Shown here piece after piece: positions 1-8,045 of a stretch of 64,000 bases of DNA. Both the position numbers and the translations under genes were made by a program. Under the pieces are notes generated by a model. It was not told where the DNA came from. It saw only the letters and a program-made list of their open reading frames with translations, and made no database searches. The DNA is from Ignavibacteriota bacterium (GTDB lineage: Bacteria > Bacteroidota > Ignavibacteria > Palsa-1295), in contig CAVZOL010000001.1 in the NCBI GenBank assembly GCA_963776895.1, positions 89,321-153,320 on the forward strand, in the 5' to 3' direction. Numbering within the stretch: the stretch's first letter is position 1; each line of letters starts with the position of its first letter.

Positions 1-62
1 CGCAGGGTTACTTCCTCGCCGACGTGCTTGTTTAAGTCTGTAATGTAATCTTTTTGTATCAT
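1..62 (-). CDS. 5' end (runs off window) of a class IIb aminoacyl-tRNA ligase-like gene (Asp/Asn/Lys type)
   Basis: Minus-strand ATG at 60-62 opens MIQKDYITDLNKHVGEEVTL, like the xHVGxEVTLxGW lead-in of AspS/AsnS OB-fold N-termini. Only 20 codons are visible. Confidence 0.3.
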   Translation of the reverse strand, partial: MIQKDYITDLNKHVGEEVTL

Positions 63-174
63 GAGTGCATCCTAACACCAAAAGGACAAAAATATTTGCC
101 TAATGAATCTTTTGGCTGAGAATTTGGTACTCAAGATAGACATTTTAGGCCTTATTTAATCTTCAGGAGTCATT

Positions 175-1014
175 ATGAAATACAAAGCTATAATTCTTGG
201 TCTTTTAGCAGTGAGTTCGATCATGTCTTGCCGAGTTCAAACTGCTCCGCCCGAAACGGCGGATGTTATGGGTCTGGTAGTGCTCGATAGCAGCGGAATA
301 TCACCTACTCCGAGCGGCGTCACCGTCTCGCTCGAAGGAACGAATTTTTCAACAATAACGGACGATAGCGGACGTTTCGAATTAAAGGATGTCCCCGGCG
401 GGACCTACACGGTGAGATGGTCAAAGCCCGGATATGGTGACATGAGGTATATCGGAGCGGCCATTCAAGGGGGTGGGAACTCTCCGGTTTATATTGCACA
501 ACCGATTTATGACCAATGGCCAGCTCAGAATATCACGACGTACTTGCATGCTTTTTCTCACGTAGTTGCGAATGTTCAAAGTGCTTCTTTTTCGGCCAGC
601 AACTACTATGGCACATGTTTGGTCCTTGACGGATCCTATACCGATGATGAATATTTGCAACCCGACCATGTTGACTTTATTACAGCTTTTTTCTCACACA
701 AATCCGACGTCTCCCCAATTGAGGGGCATTATGACAGCTATTATAGCGAGTCGGGAAATATTTCTGAATTAGACGGCACAAACGCATACGTATTTGATAC
801 TACAAATAATACTTTTCATTACGTTCTCTCTCAATCTGAATCGATTCTCACGCAGTCCAATTTTCATTCTGGCGATTCACTCTATATCGCTGTTTATGGC
901 ACAGTCGCCGCACCCGGCTATCCTGGAGATTATTTCGATCCAACGTACAATGAGGAGGTTATTACCTCCTATAACCAAACGCCATCGCGAGTTATTGGGC
1001 TGAAGATTCCTTAG
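175..1014 (+). CDS. Lipoprotein with carboxypeptidase-regulatory-like (CarboxypepD_reg) beta-sandwich domain, function unknown
   Basis: 279-aa ORF. Signal peptide plus lipobox (LAVSSIMSC). GRFELKDVPGGTYTV motif typical of CarboxypepD_reg domains. Confidence 0.6.
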   Translation: MKYKAIILGLLAVSSIMSCRVQTAPPETADVMGLVVLDSSGISPTPSGVTVSLEGTNFSTITDDSGRFELKDVPGGTYTVRWSKPGYGDMRYIGAAIQGGGNSPVYIAQPIYDQWPAQNITTYLHAFSHVVANVQSASFSASNYYGTCLVLDGSYTDDEYLQPDHVDFITAFFSHKSDVSPIEGHYDSYYSESGNISELDGTNAYVFDTTNNTFHYVLSQSESILTQSNFHSGDSLYIAVYGTVAAPGYPGDYFDPTYNEEVITSYNQTPSRVIGLKIP

Positions 1015-1094
1015 TGGCTCTAAAAAAGCCAGAATTCCTCAATAATCCGAAGTCCAGGGAAACGTAGGCATCCCAACGCACGTTTCGGTGCCGC

Positions 1095-1123
1095 TTGACA
1101 GTACGAATTTCATAATTCATACT
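1095..1123 (+). promoter_or_regulatory. Sigma70-like promoter for tRNA-Lys
   Basis: TTGACA (1095-1100), a 17-nt spacer, then CATACT (1118-1123), 13 nt before the tRNA 5' end. The spacer and -10 lie in heptamer-type repeat cataatt/catactt/cataatt. Confidence 0.4.
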
Positions 1124-1136
1124 TCATAATTGTCAA

Positions 1137-1208
1137 GATCCCGTAGCTCAGTGGTAGAGCATCTGACTTTTAATCAGAGGGTCGTCGGTTCGAGCCCGCC
1201 CGGGGTCA
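1137..1208 (+). tRNA. tRNA-Lys (anticodon UUU)
   Basis: Hand-folded cloverleaf of 72 nt. Acceptor GATCCCG/CGGGGTC. D arm GCTC-AGTGGTA-GAGC. Anticodon arm TCTGA-CTTTTAA-TCAGA. T arm with TTCGAGC loop. Discriminator A, no encoded CCA. Confidence 0.93.
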
Positions 1209-1215
1209 CTAAAAA

Positions 1216-1240
1216 CGGCACTTTCGAGTGCCGTTTTTTA
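1216..1240 (+). terminator. Rho-independent terminator after tRNA-Lys
   Basis: CGGCAC-tttcga-GTGCCG stem-loop followed by a T6 run. Confidence 0.8.
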
Positions 1241-1457
1241 TTTTCATGTGTAAAACTGAAAATCGGGTCTTTCGTTTTTTTGTTATACTTCACATACCTA
1301 AAAAGTACAAATTGCTTCGATTCACTTCAGCAATAGCGTCAGGAATAAACGAAAAATATTTAAGATTGGGAACCGCTATTGGACTGAATTATTACACCGA
1401 ATCCTTGTTTAAAGAATGAAGCGTTGACGCTGTATGCGCTTCTATTTATTATACCTC

Positions 1458-1640
1458 ATGCCTAAATACATGATTGGCGCTCAAGCCACATTACGAACAG
1501 ACCCATCCATTATCGGGATTATAATAGAAATCCAGTCCACCGGATACCTCTTTGAATATACCGATAAAGACGGGGAAATTCACCGGGAGTTTTTCTTAGA
1601 AAAAGATTTACGACCATATAACGAGGGAATCGGGCGGTAA
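1458..1640 (+). CDS. Small hypothetical protein (60 aa)
   Basis: ORF MPKYMIGAQATL... directly after a TTGACG...TTATAC promoter-like sequence. No recognisable motif. Confidence 0.25.
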   Translation: MPKYMIGAQATLRTDPSIIGIIIEIQSTGYLFEYTDKDGEIHREFFLEKDLRPYNEGIGR

Positions 1641-1704
1641 TTCCTCCTGAACAATTCCTCTTTTTTTAGAAACTGGACTTGCCCTAAATTAATTGGAAGT
1701 GGAT

Positions 1705-2526
1705 TTATTTGCTGGGACGTCGGAGAATTGCCCATAAACTATCGAGCGCAACTCGGTGCTCATTTAGTTTATTTAAAAGAAATCGCGCGGACGTCGTCCA
1801 TTTTGACCAAGACACTGTATCTTTGAGAAGTTTGTTCCCAGAAATATAATGAGCGTTTGTCAGCCAAAGAGAATCCTCGGTGATTGATTCAGATAGATCA
1901 AGCAATCGGTTATGATCTATGGGCCTTGATTCGGATACATGAGCCGTTGTGGTATTTTGTGGTTTCGAAGTTGAAGTCGATTCCGAATTGTGTGCAGGCA
2001 ATAATTTTAATCGTTGAGTTTCAGCTTCTTCATGTTGCCGCGCCATCCGCTCTTCAAATTGTCGTTGTTTCTCTGCTTCCGCCGCTTGAAATTGTCGTTG
2101 CTTCTCTGCTTCCGCAGCTTGAAATTTCCGTTGATCTTCTGCTTCAACAGCTTGCGCTCCGTCATTTGCTCCTTGTTCAAATGCATTATTTATTGCATTA
2201 TTATTTTGTGAACTTACATTCGTAGATTGATGGAATCCATAGTTATCGTTCTCACTCACAAGTTTGACTTCAACCGTTTCATTCGTTTCGGGATTTGTAA
2301 TCTTCTCCCCGTCAATAAGCAAAACATCTGCGTCCTTAGACCAATATTTGACAGTAAGGAAATCTAAGCTGTACCTAACATTCCAAGCTGTTCCGTCTTC
2401 GAGAACAATTACCTCGCCTCCGCTCGAAATGCTTCGGATCGTATGCCTCTCAGTCTGGGCGTTGGCTGTTTCGGTAGTAAATAAGATTACCAATACGAAC
2501 CAAGTAATAATTCGCCATTTTGCCAT
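1705..2526 (-). CDS. Secreted hypothetical protein with tandem Q/E/A-rich coiled-coil repeats
   Basis: 273-aa ORF with signal peptide (ILFTTETANA-Q). Three tandem copies of FQAAEAEKQRQ, also visible as about 33-nt DNA repeats at roughly 2040-2140. Confidence 0.6.
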   Translation of the reverse strand: MAKWRIITWFVLVILFTTETANAQTERHTIRSISSGGEVIVLEDGTAWNVRYSLDFLTVKYWSKDADVLLIDGEKITNPETNETVEVKLVSENDNYGFHQSTNVSSQNNNAINNAFEQGANDGAQAVEAEDQRKFQAAEAEKQRQFQAAEAEKQRQFEERMARQHEEAETQRLKLLPAHNSESTSTSKPQNTTTAHVSESRPIDHNRLLDLSESITEDSLWLTNAHYISGNKLLKDTVSWSKWTTSARFLLNKLNEHRVALDSLWAILRRPSK

Positions 2527-2724
2527 AAAATAAAAACAATTGATTCAATAGCATTCGTTCTAATAAAAAACCTGCCCAAGCAAAGCGTGAGCGGGTTAAT
2601 TTAAACACCCCTGGCGCCGACCTACTTTCACATATGTTATCTCAATGGAATTGCCTCTGGATGATGCACGCGAGCAAACCGTCGGCCCCTAACCATTTCG
2701 CCTTTCCTATTGTTATTGAATGCG

Positions 2725-3686
2725 ATGATCGTTACCGTCGATAAAAATTCGGGATTTTGCTGGGGCGTGGTTCGCGCCGTAAACTTTGCCGAGGCCGAGC
2801 TTGCGGGCCAATCCGGCAACGGGCGCGCGCCGCGGCTGTATTCGCTTGGCGATATTATCCATAATCCGGTGGAAGTGGATCGTTTGCGCTCGGAGGGTCT
2901 CGAAACCATCACCCATGCCGATTTCGAACGGATTGCCGAAGAGAACCGCGCGCTCGGTATTGAATCGAAGATCCTGATTCGCGCACACGGCGAGCCGCCA
3001 TCTACGTTTGCAAGGATGGAAGAACTTGGGTTTGGGAATGGTCGATGCCACCTGTCCTGTCGTGGCGAAAGTGCAGGAACGCATTTATAAGTTCTACGAA
3101 AAAGGTTACCAGATCGTTATCTTCGGAAAAAAAGATCACGCGGAAGTGATTGGGCTTCGCGGCGTGGTGAATGACGAAGCCATTGTCATCAAATCTGTCG
3201 AAGAGGCATTATCGAAGATCAAATTTGACCGCCCAACCGTCATGTTCTCGCAAACGACGATGGATCGCCCTACTTTCCGCGAGATCCGCGACCGATTGAA
3301 AGAACGCATTGCCGATCTCGTGGTCGATACGATGGAGGAAACCGCAATAGAATTTCAGGCGAAAGATACCATCTGCGGACAAGTATCGGGACGCGAGACA
3401 AAGCTTGTCGAGCTTGTGAAAACGCAGGATGTAATAATTTTCGTCGCGGGACGCAATAGCTCGAACGGCGTTGTGCTCTATCAATATCGCGCGCGAAGCA
3501 AACCCGCGCACGCATTTCATTGAGGACGAGCAGGAACTGGATATGGCGTGGTTCGATAATGCCGAAACCGTTGCCATCACCGGCGCAACGAGCACACCAC
3601 AATGGCTGATGCAGCGCGTAGCCGACGCGATCTACAAAATGTGTGGGGAACCGGAGAAAGCGGAGTTGTTGCCGGTCATTGGGTAG
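2725..3686 (+). pseudogene. ispH: 4-hydroxy-3-methylbut-2-enyl diphosphate reductase (IspH/LytB), interrupted by two +1 frameshifts
   Basis: Three consecutive ORF pieces in frames 1, 2 and 3: SGFCWGVVRAV... / ...VDATCPVVAKV...FAGRNSSNG / ...NIAREANPRTHFIE...ITGATSTPQWL. Together they give a full-length IspH. The shifts lie near 3028-3036 (ggg ttt ggg) and near 3470-3485. Confidence 0.85.
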
Positions 3687-4278
3687 CCGCTTTCAACGCC
3701 GCCTTTATTAGCTTCTCGACATTCGCAAGCATTTTCGGCTGATCTCGCACAACATCTCGAATCGCTTTCTCTGCTGCATTGCGTTGATAGCCTAATGCCA
3801 GCAATGCTTGCAGCGCATCGTTACGAACTTTCGAACCCGCGTGGTTGTCAGCGAGCCCGCCGACCACAAATTCTTCCTTCAATAATTTATCGCGCAATTC
3901 TACGATAAGCCGCTCGGCGGTTTTGCGGCCAATGCCGGGAATCCCGATAAGGCGATGAACATCGCTGGCTCGGATGGCTTCGCGCAACGGCGCTTCGCCG
4001 ATGCCGGAGAGAATGGCTATCGCACTCTTTGGGCCAATGCCACTAATTGCTACAAGCTGATCGAACAGCGCGCGCTCCGCTGGCGAGGCAAAACCGAAGA
4101 GCGTCATCGAATCCTCGCGGACGACAAGGCGCGTCCAGATCTCGTATTCTTCGCCGATCACGGCAGCGCGGTCGTAGGCTTCCTGCGTGCAGAGCACCTC
4201 ATAGCCCACCCCACCTGCCTCAATAACAAGCGTGTAAGGAGCACGAAAATGGAGCTTTCCGCGTAAGAGAGAAATCAT
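3676..4278 (-). CDS. ruvA: Holliday junction branch-migration complex subunit RuvA
   Basis: 200 aa. MISLLRGKL...GGVGYEV N-terminus, HhH motifs (ISGIGPKSA, IPGIGRKTAERL) and a C-terminal domain III. Confidence 0.92.
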   Translation of the reverse strand: MISLLRGKLHFRAPYTLVIEAGGVGYEVLCTQEAYDRAAVIGEEYEIWTRLVVREDSMTLFGFASPAERALFDQLVAISGIGPKSAIAILSGIGEAPLREAIRASDVHRLIGIPGIGRKTAERLIVELRDKLLKEEFVVGGLADNHAGSKVRNDALQALLALGYQRNAAEKAIRDVVRDQPKMLANVEKLIKAALKAATQ

Positions 4279-4284
4279 TTAGCG

Positions 4285-4312
4285 TATATTAGGAGATTGG
4301 ATGATGGGCACC
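4285..4312 (+). promoter_or_regulatory. TATATT -10 box plus conserved TGATGGGCACC box upstream of recQ
   Basis: TATATT, 11 nt, then TGATGGGCACC. The same arrangement occurs at 11051-11077, 43103-43130 and 58536-58563 (minus). The -35 is poor here because it overlaps the ruvA start. Confidence 0.3.
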
Positions 4313-4348
4313 CAACAAATGCTCTTAAATAAGAGTTAAAGAGAAGAT

Positions 4349-4496
4349 GTCATCCTGAGCGGAGTTTTTCTCGACGAAGGAGAGAAAAACGAAGTCGAAG
4401 GATCTCATGTAGTTTGGCTCATTGGTAAACGACCGGAGATCCTTCGACTCCGCAAAAACTCTGCTGGCGCTCCGTTTTTGCTCCGCTCAGGATGAC
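4349..4496. repeat. Imperfect palindromic REP/MITE-like element of about 150 nt (GTCATCCTGAGCGG type)
   Basis: Outer arms gtcatcctgagcggag / ctccgctcaggatgac. Inner arms gtcgaaggatctc / gagatccttcgac. Lies in the ruvA-recQ divergent intergenic region. Confidence 0.75.
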
Positions 4497-4516
4497 ACGA
4501 TAAAATAAATACTATC

Positions 4517-6652
4517 TTGCAAGACGCACTCAAAAAATATTTCGGATTCGATTCATTTCGTCCGCTTCAGCGCGAGATCGTGGAGGCGGTGCTCGGCGGG
4601 AACGATGTTTTCGCGCTCATGCCGACGGGCGCGGGCAAATCGCTGTGCTTTCAACTTCCGGCGGTGCTGTTGCCGGGAATTACCATCGTTATTAGTCCGC
4701 TGATCGCGCTGATGAAAGATCAGGTGGATGGGCTGAACGCCGCCGGAATCCCTGCAACATTTCTTAATAGCTCGCTGAGTGGTCAAGAACTATATGCAAG
4801 AATACGAGATCTGAAAGAAGGGAAATATAAATTGCTTTATATCGCGCCGGAGCGATTTCCAACCACAGGTTTTCTAGAATTTCTTGAAGAGTTGACGATC
4901 TCGCTCTGCGTGGTAGATGAAGCGCATTGCATATCGGAGTGGGGCCATGATTTCCGCGCTGACTATCGCAATCTCCACGTTTTGCGTGAGCAGTTTCCGA
5001 ATGCGCCGATCATGGCGGTTACTGCGACAGCAACCGAGCAAGTTCTCACCGATATTCTCGAACAATTACACTTACGTGCGGATACAAGGATCTTTCGCGC
5101 GAGCTTCGACCGCAAGAATTTGATCTATCAGGTATGGCCCAAGCGTGGACCGCTTTCGCAGCTTACCGGCTATCTGGAACGCAAAAAAGGCGAATCGGGA
5201 ATTGTCTATTGCCTCAGCCGCGATGGAACGGAACGATTGGCCGCATCGCTCAAAGCGCATGGGCACAATGCGCTCCCCTATCATGCTGGATTGGAACGCA
5301 ATGTGCGCGCTAAAACGCAGGAACTCTTCGATCGCGATAAAGTAGATATTATCTGCGCGACCATTGCATTCGGTATGGGCATCGATAAGCCGAACGTGCG
5401 ATTCGTCGTGCATTACGATATTCCGAAGAACATTCCCAGCTATTATCAGGAAACCGGCCGCGCAGGACGCGATGGCCTTTCGAGCGATTGCATTCTGTTC
5501 TATGCCAGCGGCGACCGGCAGAAATACATGATGTTCTTCGAAGACAAAACGCCCGAAGAACGCGCGCGCGCCATTTCTGAACTGGATAAAGTCGTCGATC
5601 TTGCGGAACTAACTACGTGCCGGCGCAGAGCATTGCTCGGATATTTCGGCGAAGATTACCCAAGCGCGAATTGTGGAACCTGCGATAATTGTCTCTCCAA
5701 ACAAAATGCGGAATCCTTCGATGGCACGCGGCTGGCGCAGATGTTTCTTTCATGCGTAGTACGATTGAAGGAAAATTTCGGTCAGGCGCACGTTATCGAT
5801 GTGCTGAAAGGTTCTCGCGGGCAGAAGATTCAGGATTTCCGTCACCACGAACTGCCGACGTATGGCGTGGGCCACGAATATAAGAAAGAAGAATGGCGGC
5901 ATTTTGCCAATGAATTTCGGCGGCAGGGACTCATCGTGCAAGATCACGATCATTTTAGCGTGGTAAAAGTTACCCGCAAAGGGTGGGATGTGCTGAAGAA
6001 CGGATTACAGGTCACGCTATCGCGACCGAAGGAAATTGAGGGCGTTTCGCGCGAGGCAGTGGAACTTCCCGCGCCGAACATGAAGCTATTCGAGGAACTT
6101 CGCCAACTGCGCCGCACCATTGCCGAGCAGCAATCTGTGCCACCGTATGTTATCTTTAATGATTACACACTGAAGGAGATCGCGGCGCGGCTGCCGGTGG
6201 ATGGGCAGGAGTTCCTTGCCATTTCCGGCGTTGGCGAGGTGAAGGCACGGCAGTATGGAATGCAATTCTTAAGCGTGGTGAGAACGTTCCGAAAGGAAAA
6301 TCCCTCTATTGTGGGAACGGATGTTGTGCATCACGCGCCGCGCGAAGAAAAGGTTACAGATAGCGCGATCGATACGCTCGCATACTTCCGTAAAGGCTAC
6401 TCGCTCGCAAAAATTGCCGGCTTGCGAGGATTTTCCGTTAGCACCATCAGCAGTCATTTAGCCGCGCTGATCCAGAATGGGGATATTACATCTATTGATT
6501 CGTTAGTCGAGCCAACGAAGCTCGCACCCATTCGCGCTGCATTTCAGAAGGCTGGCTATGCCGCTCTGGGACCAGTGAAGGAGCAGTTAGGGGACGGTTT
6601 CACTTATGAGGAATTGCGTTTTGTGCGCGCGTTCGATGAACGCAAGAAGTGA
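4517..6652 (+). CDS. recQ: ATP-dependent DNA helicase RecQ (with HRDC and extra C-terminal HTH-like region)
   Basis: 711 aa with TTG start. FGFDSFRPLQ, PTGAGKSLCFQLPA (motif I), VVDEAHCISEWGHDFR (DEAH), zinc-binding CRRRxxLxYFGE...CGTCDNC, and an HRDC-like segment (LFEELRQLRRTIAEQQSVPPYVIF). Confidence 0.93.
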   Translation: MQDALKKYFGFDSFRPLQREIVEAVLGGNDVFALMPTGAGKSLCFQLPAVLLPGITIVISPLIALMKDQVDGLNAAGIPATFLNSSLSGQELYARIRDLKEGKYKLLYIAPERFPTTGFLEFLEELTISLCVVDEAHCISEWGHDFRADYRNLHVLREQFPNAPIMAVTATATEQVLTDILEQLHLRADTRIFRASFDRKNLIYQVWPKRGPLSQLTGYLERKKGESGIVYCLSRDGTERLAASLKAHGHNALPYHAGLERNVRAKTQELFDRDKVDIICATIAFGMGIDKPNVRFVVHYDIPKNIPSYYQETGRAGRDGLSSDCILFYASGDRQKYMMFFEDKTPEERARAISELDKVVDLAELTTCRRRALLGYFGEDYPSANCGTCDNCLSKQNAESFDGTRLAQMFLSCVVRLKENFGQAHVIDVLKGSRGQKIQDFRHHELPTYGVGHEYKKEEWRHFANEFRRQGLIVQDHDHFSVVKVTRKGWDVLKNGLQVTLSRPKEIEGVSREAVELPAPNMKLFEELRQLRRTIAEQQSVPPYVIFNDYTLKEIAARLPVDGQEFLAISGVGEVKARQYGMQFLSVVRTFRKENPSIVGTDVVHHAPREEKVTDSAIDTLAYFRKGYSLAKIAGLRGFSVSTISSHLAALIQNGDITSIDSLVEPTKLAPIRAAFQKAGYAALGPVKEQLGDGFTYEELRFVRAFDERKK

Positions 6653-6767
6653 TCTTATCTTTATTTCCTAAGATCTTTATCAGGAATGAACTCATTTATT
6701 TCTGACTGTTGTTTATTTTCTTTCCTTATTGTTGTTAATTCCCCTATTTTTCATTTCTGTGTAGCGT

Positions 6768-7199
6768 ATGCAAAATCATGTCCTTTTTATTTGTGCCCAT
6801 AACAGCGCCCGAAGCCAGATCGCGGAGGAACTTATGCGCAGATCCTACGGCGATACCGTTCGCGTTGAAAGCGCGGGATTGAAAGAGGGAACCATCAGTC
6901 CGCTGGCGATCGAAGTGCTGAGAGAGGTGGGCATCGATATTGCGGAAAAAGAAACGCAGGATGCGTTCGAGCTATATCGACACGGCAGGTTGTTTTCTCA
7001 CGTCATTACGGTGTGCGATGACAGCAATAACGAGCACTGCCCCGTCTTTCCGGGCGGCGTGATCCGCCTGCATTGGAGCCTGCACGATCCCGCAACCTTC
7101 GAGGGAACCTGGGAGGAAAAACTGGAACGCACCCGTGAAGTGCGCGAAGAGATCCAACGAATGGTCGATGAATGGTATGTGGAGTATGGCGAAGGATAG
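6768..7199 (+). CDS. arsC: Arsenate reductase, low-molecular-weight phosphatase (thioredoxin-coupled) type
   Basis: 143 aa. CX5R P-loop (LFICAHNSARSQ) plus downstream Cys pair (VITVCDDSNNEHCP), typical of LMW-PTP-family ArsC. Confidence 0.75.
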   Translation: MQNHVLFICAHNSARSQIAEELMRRSYGDTVRVESAGLKEGTISPLAIEVLREVGIDIAEKETQDAFELYRHGRLFSHVITVCDDSNNEHCPVFPGGVIRLHWSLHDPATFEGTWEEKLERTREVREEIQRMVDEWYVEYGEG

Positions 7200-7262
7200 G
7201 ACGCATCGCCGACGATGCTTCTTCCATTGTGCGCGATGGGGCCAATCCGACAGACCCAGCCA
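7191..7262. repeat. Left copy of an approximately 70-nt direct repeat (REP-like, contains two small hairpins)
   Basis: gaaggataggacgcatcgccgacgatgcttcttccattgtgcgcgatgg... matches 7913-7984 at roughly 85% by eye. Overlaps the last codons of arsC. The window's final bases (ggacgcatcgg) begin the same motif. Confidence 0.7.
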
Positions 7263-7266
7263 CGAA

Positions 7267-7466
7267 GTGGCGAGGTACCCGCAGCCCAGGGTGGAGTGAA
7301 ACGGAACCCTGGGTTGTGATCGGCTTTTAAATTCCCAGCCCTGAAAAGGGCGATGTTTTTCCGCCGGGTTGACTCCGCCCTTTCAGGGCTATGAAAGTAA
7401 GTGTCCCACGTTTACCCAGGGTTCCACTTCGTTACACCCTGGGCTGCGGGTACCACGTCGCTCCGC
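7267..7466. repeat. Nested palindromic REP/MITE-like element of about 200 nt
   Basis: Outer arms gcgaggtacccgcagcccagggtg / caccctgggctgcgggtaccacgtcgc. Inner arms agccctgaaaagggcg / cgccctttcagggct. Confidence 0.75.
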
Positions 7467-7600
7467 GACTGAGAGGCCTTTCTACTATCACAATTACTTA
7501 TCAAGTTGGAGCAATTTAGTGCTTGCCTCAGAGACTGGCAACTGGTCACAATTTTGTGACCACATCTGATGAGGAAACTATGAGGTCGCAAATTTCGACC

Positions 7601-7792
7601 TCAAAAACCGAAGGCAAGCGAGGCCCGAATATCCTCTTCCGACAGTTCTGGAAAATCGCTGAGGATCTCCTCGTGCGACATACCGGCAGCAAGCCAGCCC
7701 AGCACATCCGCTACAGCAATACGCAGACCTCGAATGCACGGACGGCCTCCGCGCTTGCCGGGCTGAATAGTTACAATTGAATGGTAATCCAT
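7601..7792 (-). CDS. DUF433-family antitoxin-like protein (orphan)
   Basis: MDYHSIVTIQPGKRGGRPCIRGLRIAVADVLGWLAAGMSHEEILSDFPELSEEDIRASLAFGF matches the DUF433 pattern (GKPxIRGTRIxV...EILxxYPxLxxEDI). No intact PIN/DUF5615 partner lies downstream. Confidence 0.75.
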   Translation of the reverse strand: MDYHSIVTIQPGKRGGRPCIRGLRIAVADVLGWLAAGMSHEEILSDFPELSEEDIRASLAFGF

Positions 7793-7912
7793 GCCAAGAG
7801 AACACACATTACGAGACTCTTATTCCTTACCCCAAAACGAAAGATCGGGTTCCGTACCCATGACGATGAGGAAAGCTGACTTTCCCCCGTAGAGCCTGTC
7901 CTGAGTTTGCCG

Positions 7913-7984
7913 AAGGATCGGACGCATCGCCGACGATGCTTCTTCCATCGTGGGCGATGGAGCCAGCCCGACACCACCCGGAAG
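7913..7984. repeat. Right copy of the approximately 70-nt direct repeat
   Basis: gaaggatcggacgcatcgccgacgatgcttcttccatcgtgggcgatgg..., see 7191-7262. Confidence 0.7.
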
Positions 7985-8045
7985 GACGAAAGAAATCGTT
8001 GGAAGAATGGAACCCGAATGGGTGTCGTATATTTGATGTGAAATA

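Noticed and set aside
2600-2710. A 5S-rRNA-like 3' end on the minus strand (gtgaaagtaggtcggcgccagggg resembles GAGAGUAGGUCGCCGCCAGG), followed by a hairpin at 2566-2600.
   Set aside because: - The ~77-nt region enclosed by the only plausible closing helix is too short for 5S.
- It lacks the conserved loop B/C core (CCGAAC...GAAGUGAAAC-type).
- No 16S or 23S gene is nearby.
- The hairpin has a C-A mismatch on the minus strand.
- At most it is a degenerate remnant or a chance match.
7480-7600. A 23-codon ORF downstream of DUF433 as a toxin gene.
   Set aside because: It is too short and lacks PIN/DUF5615 motifs. It is treated as a remnant at most.
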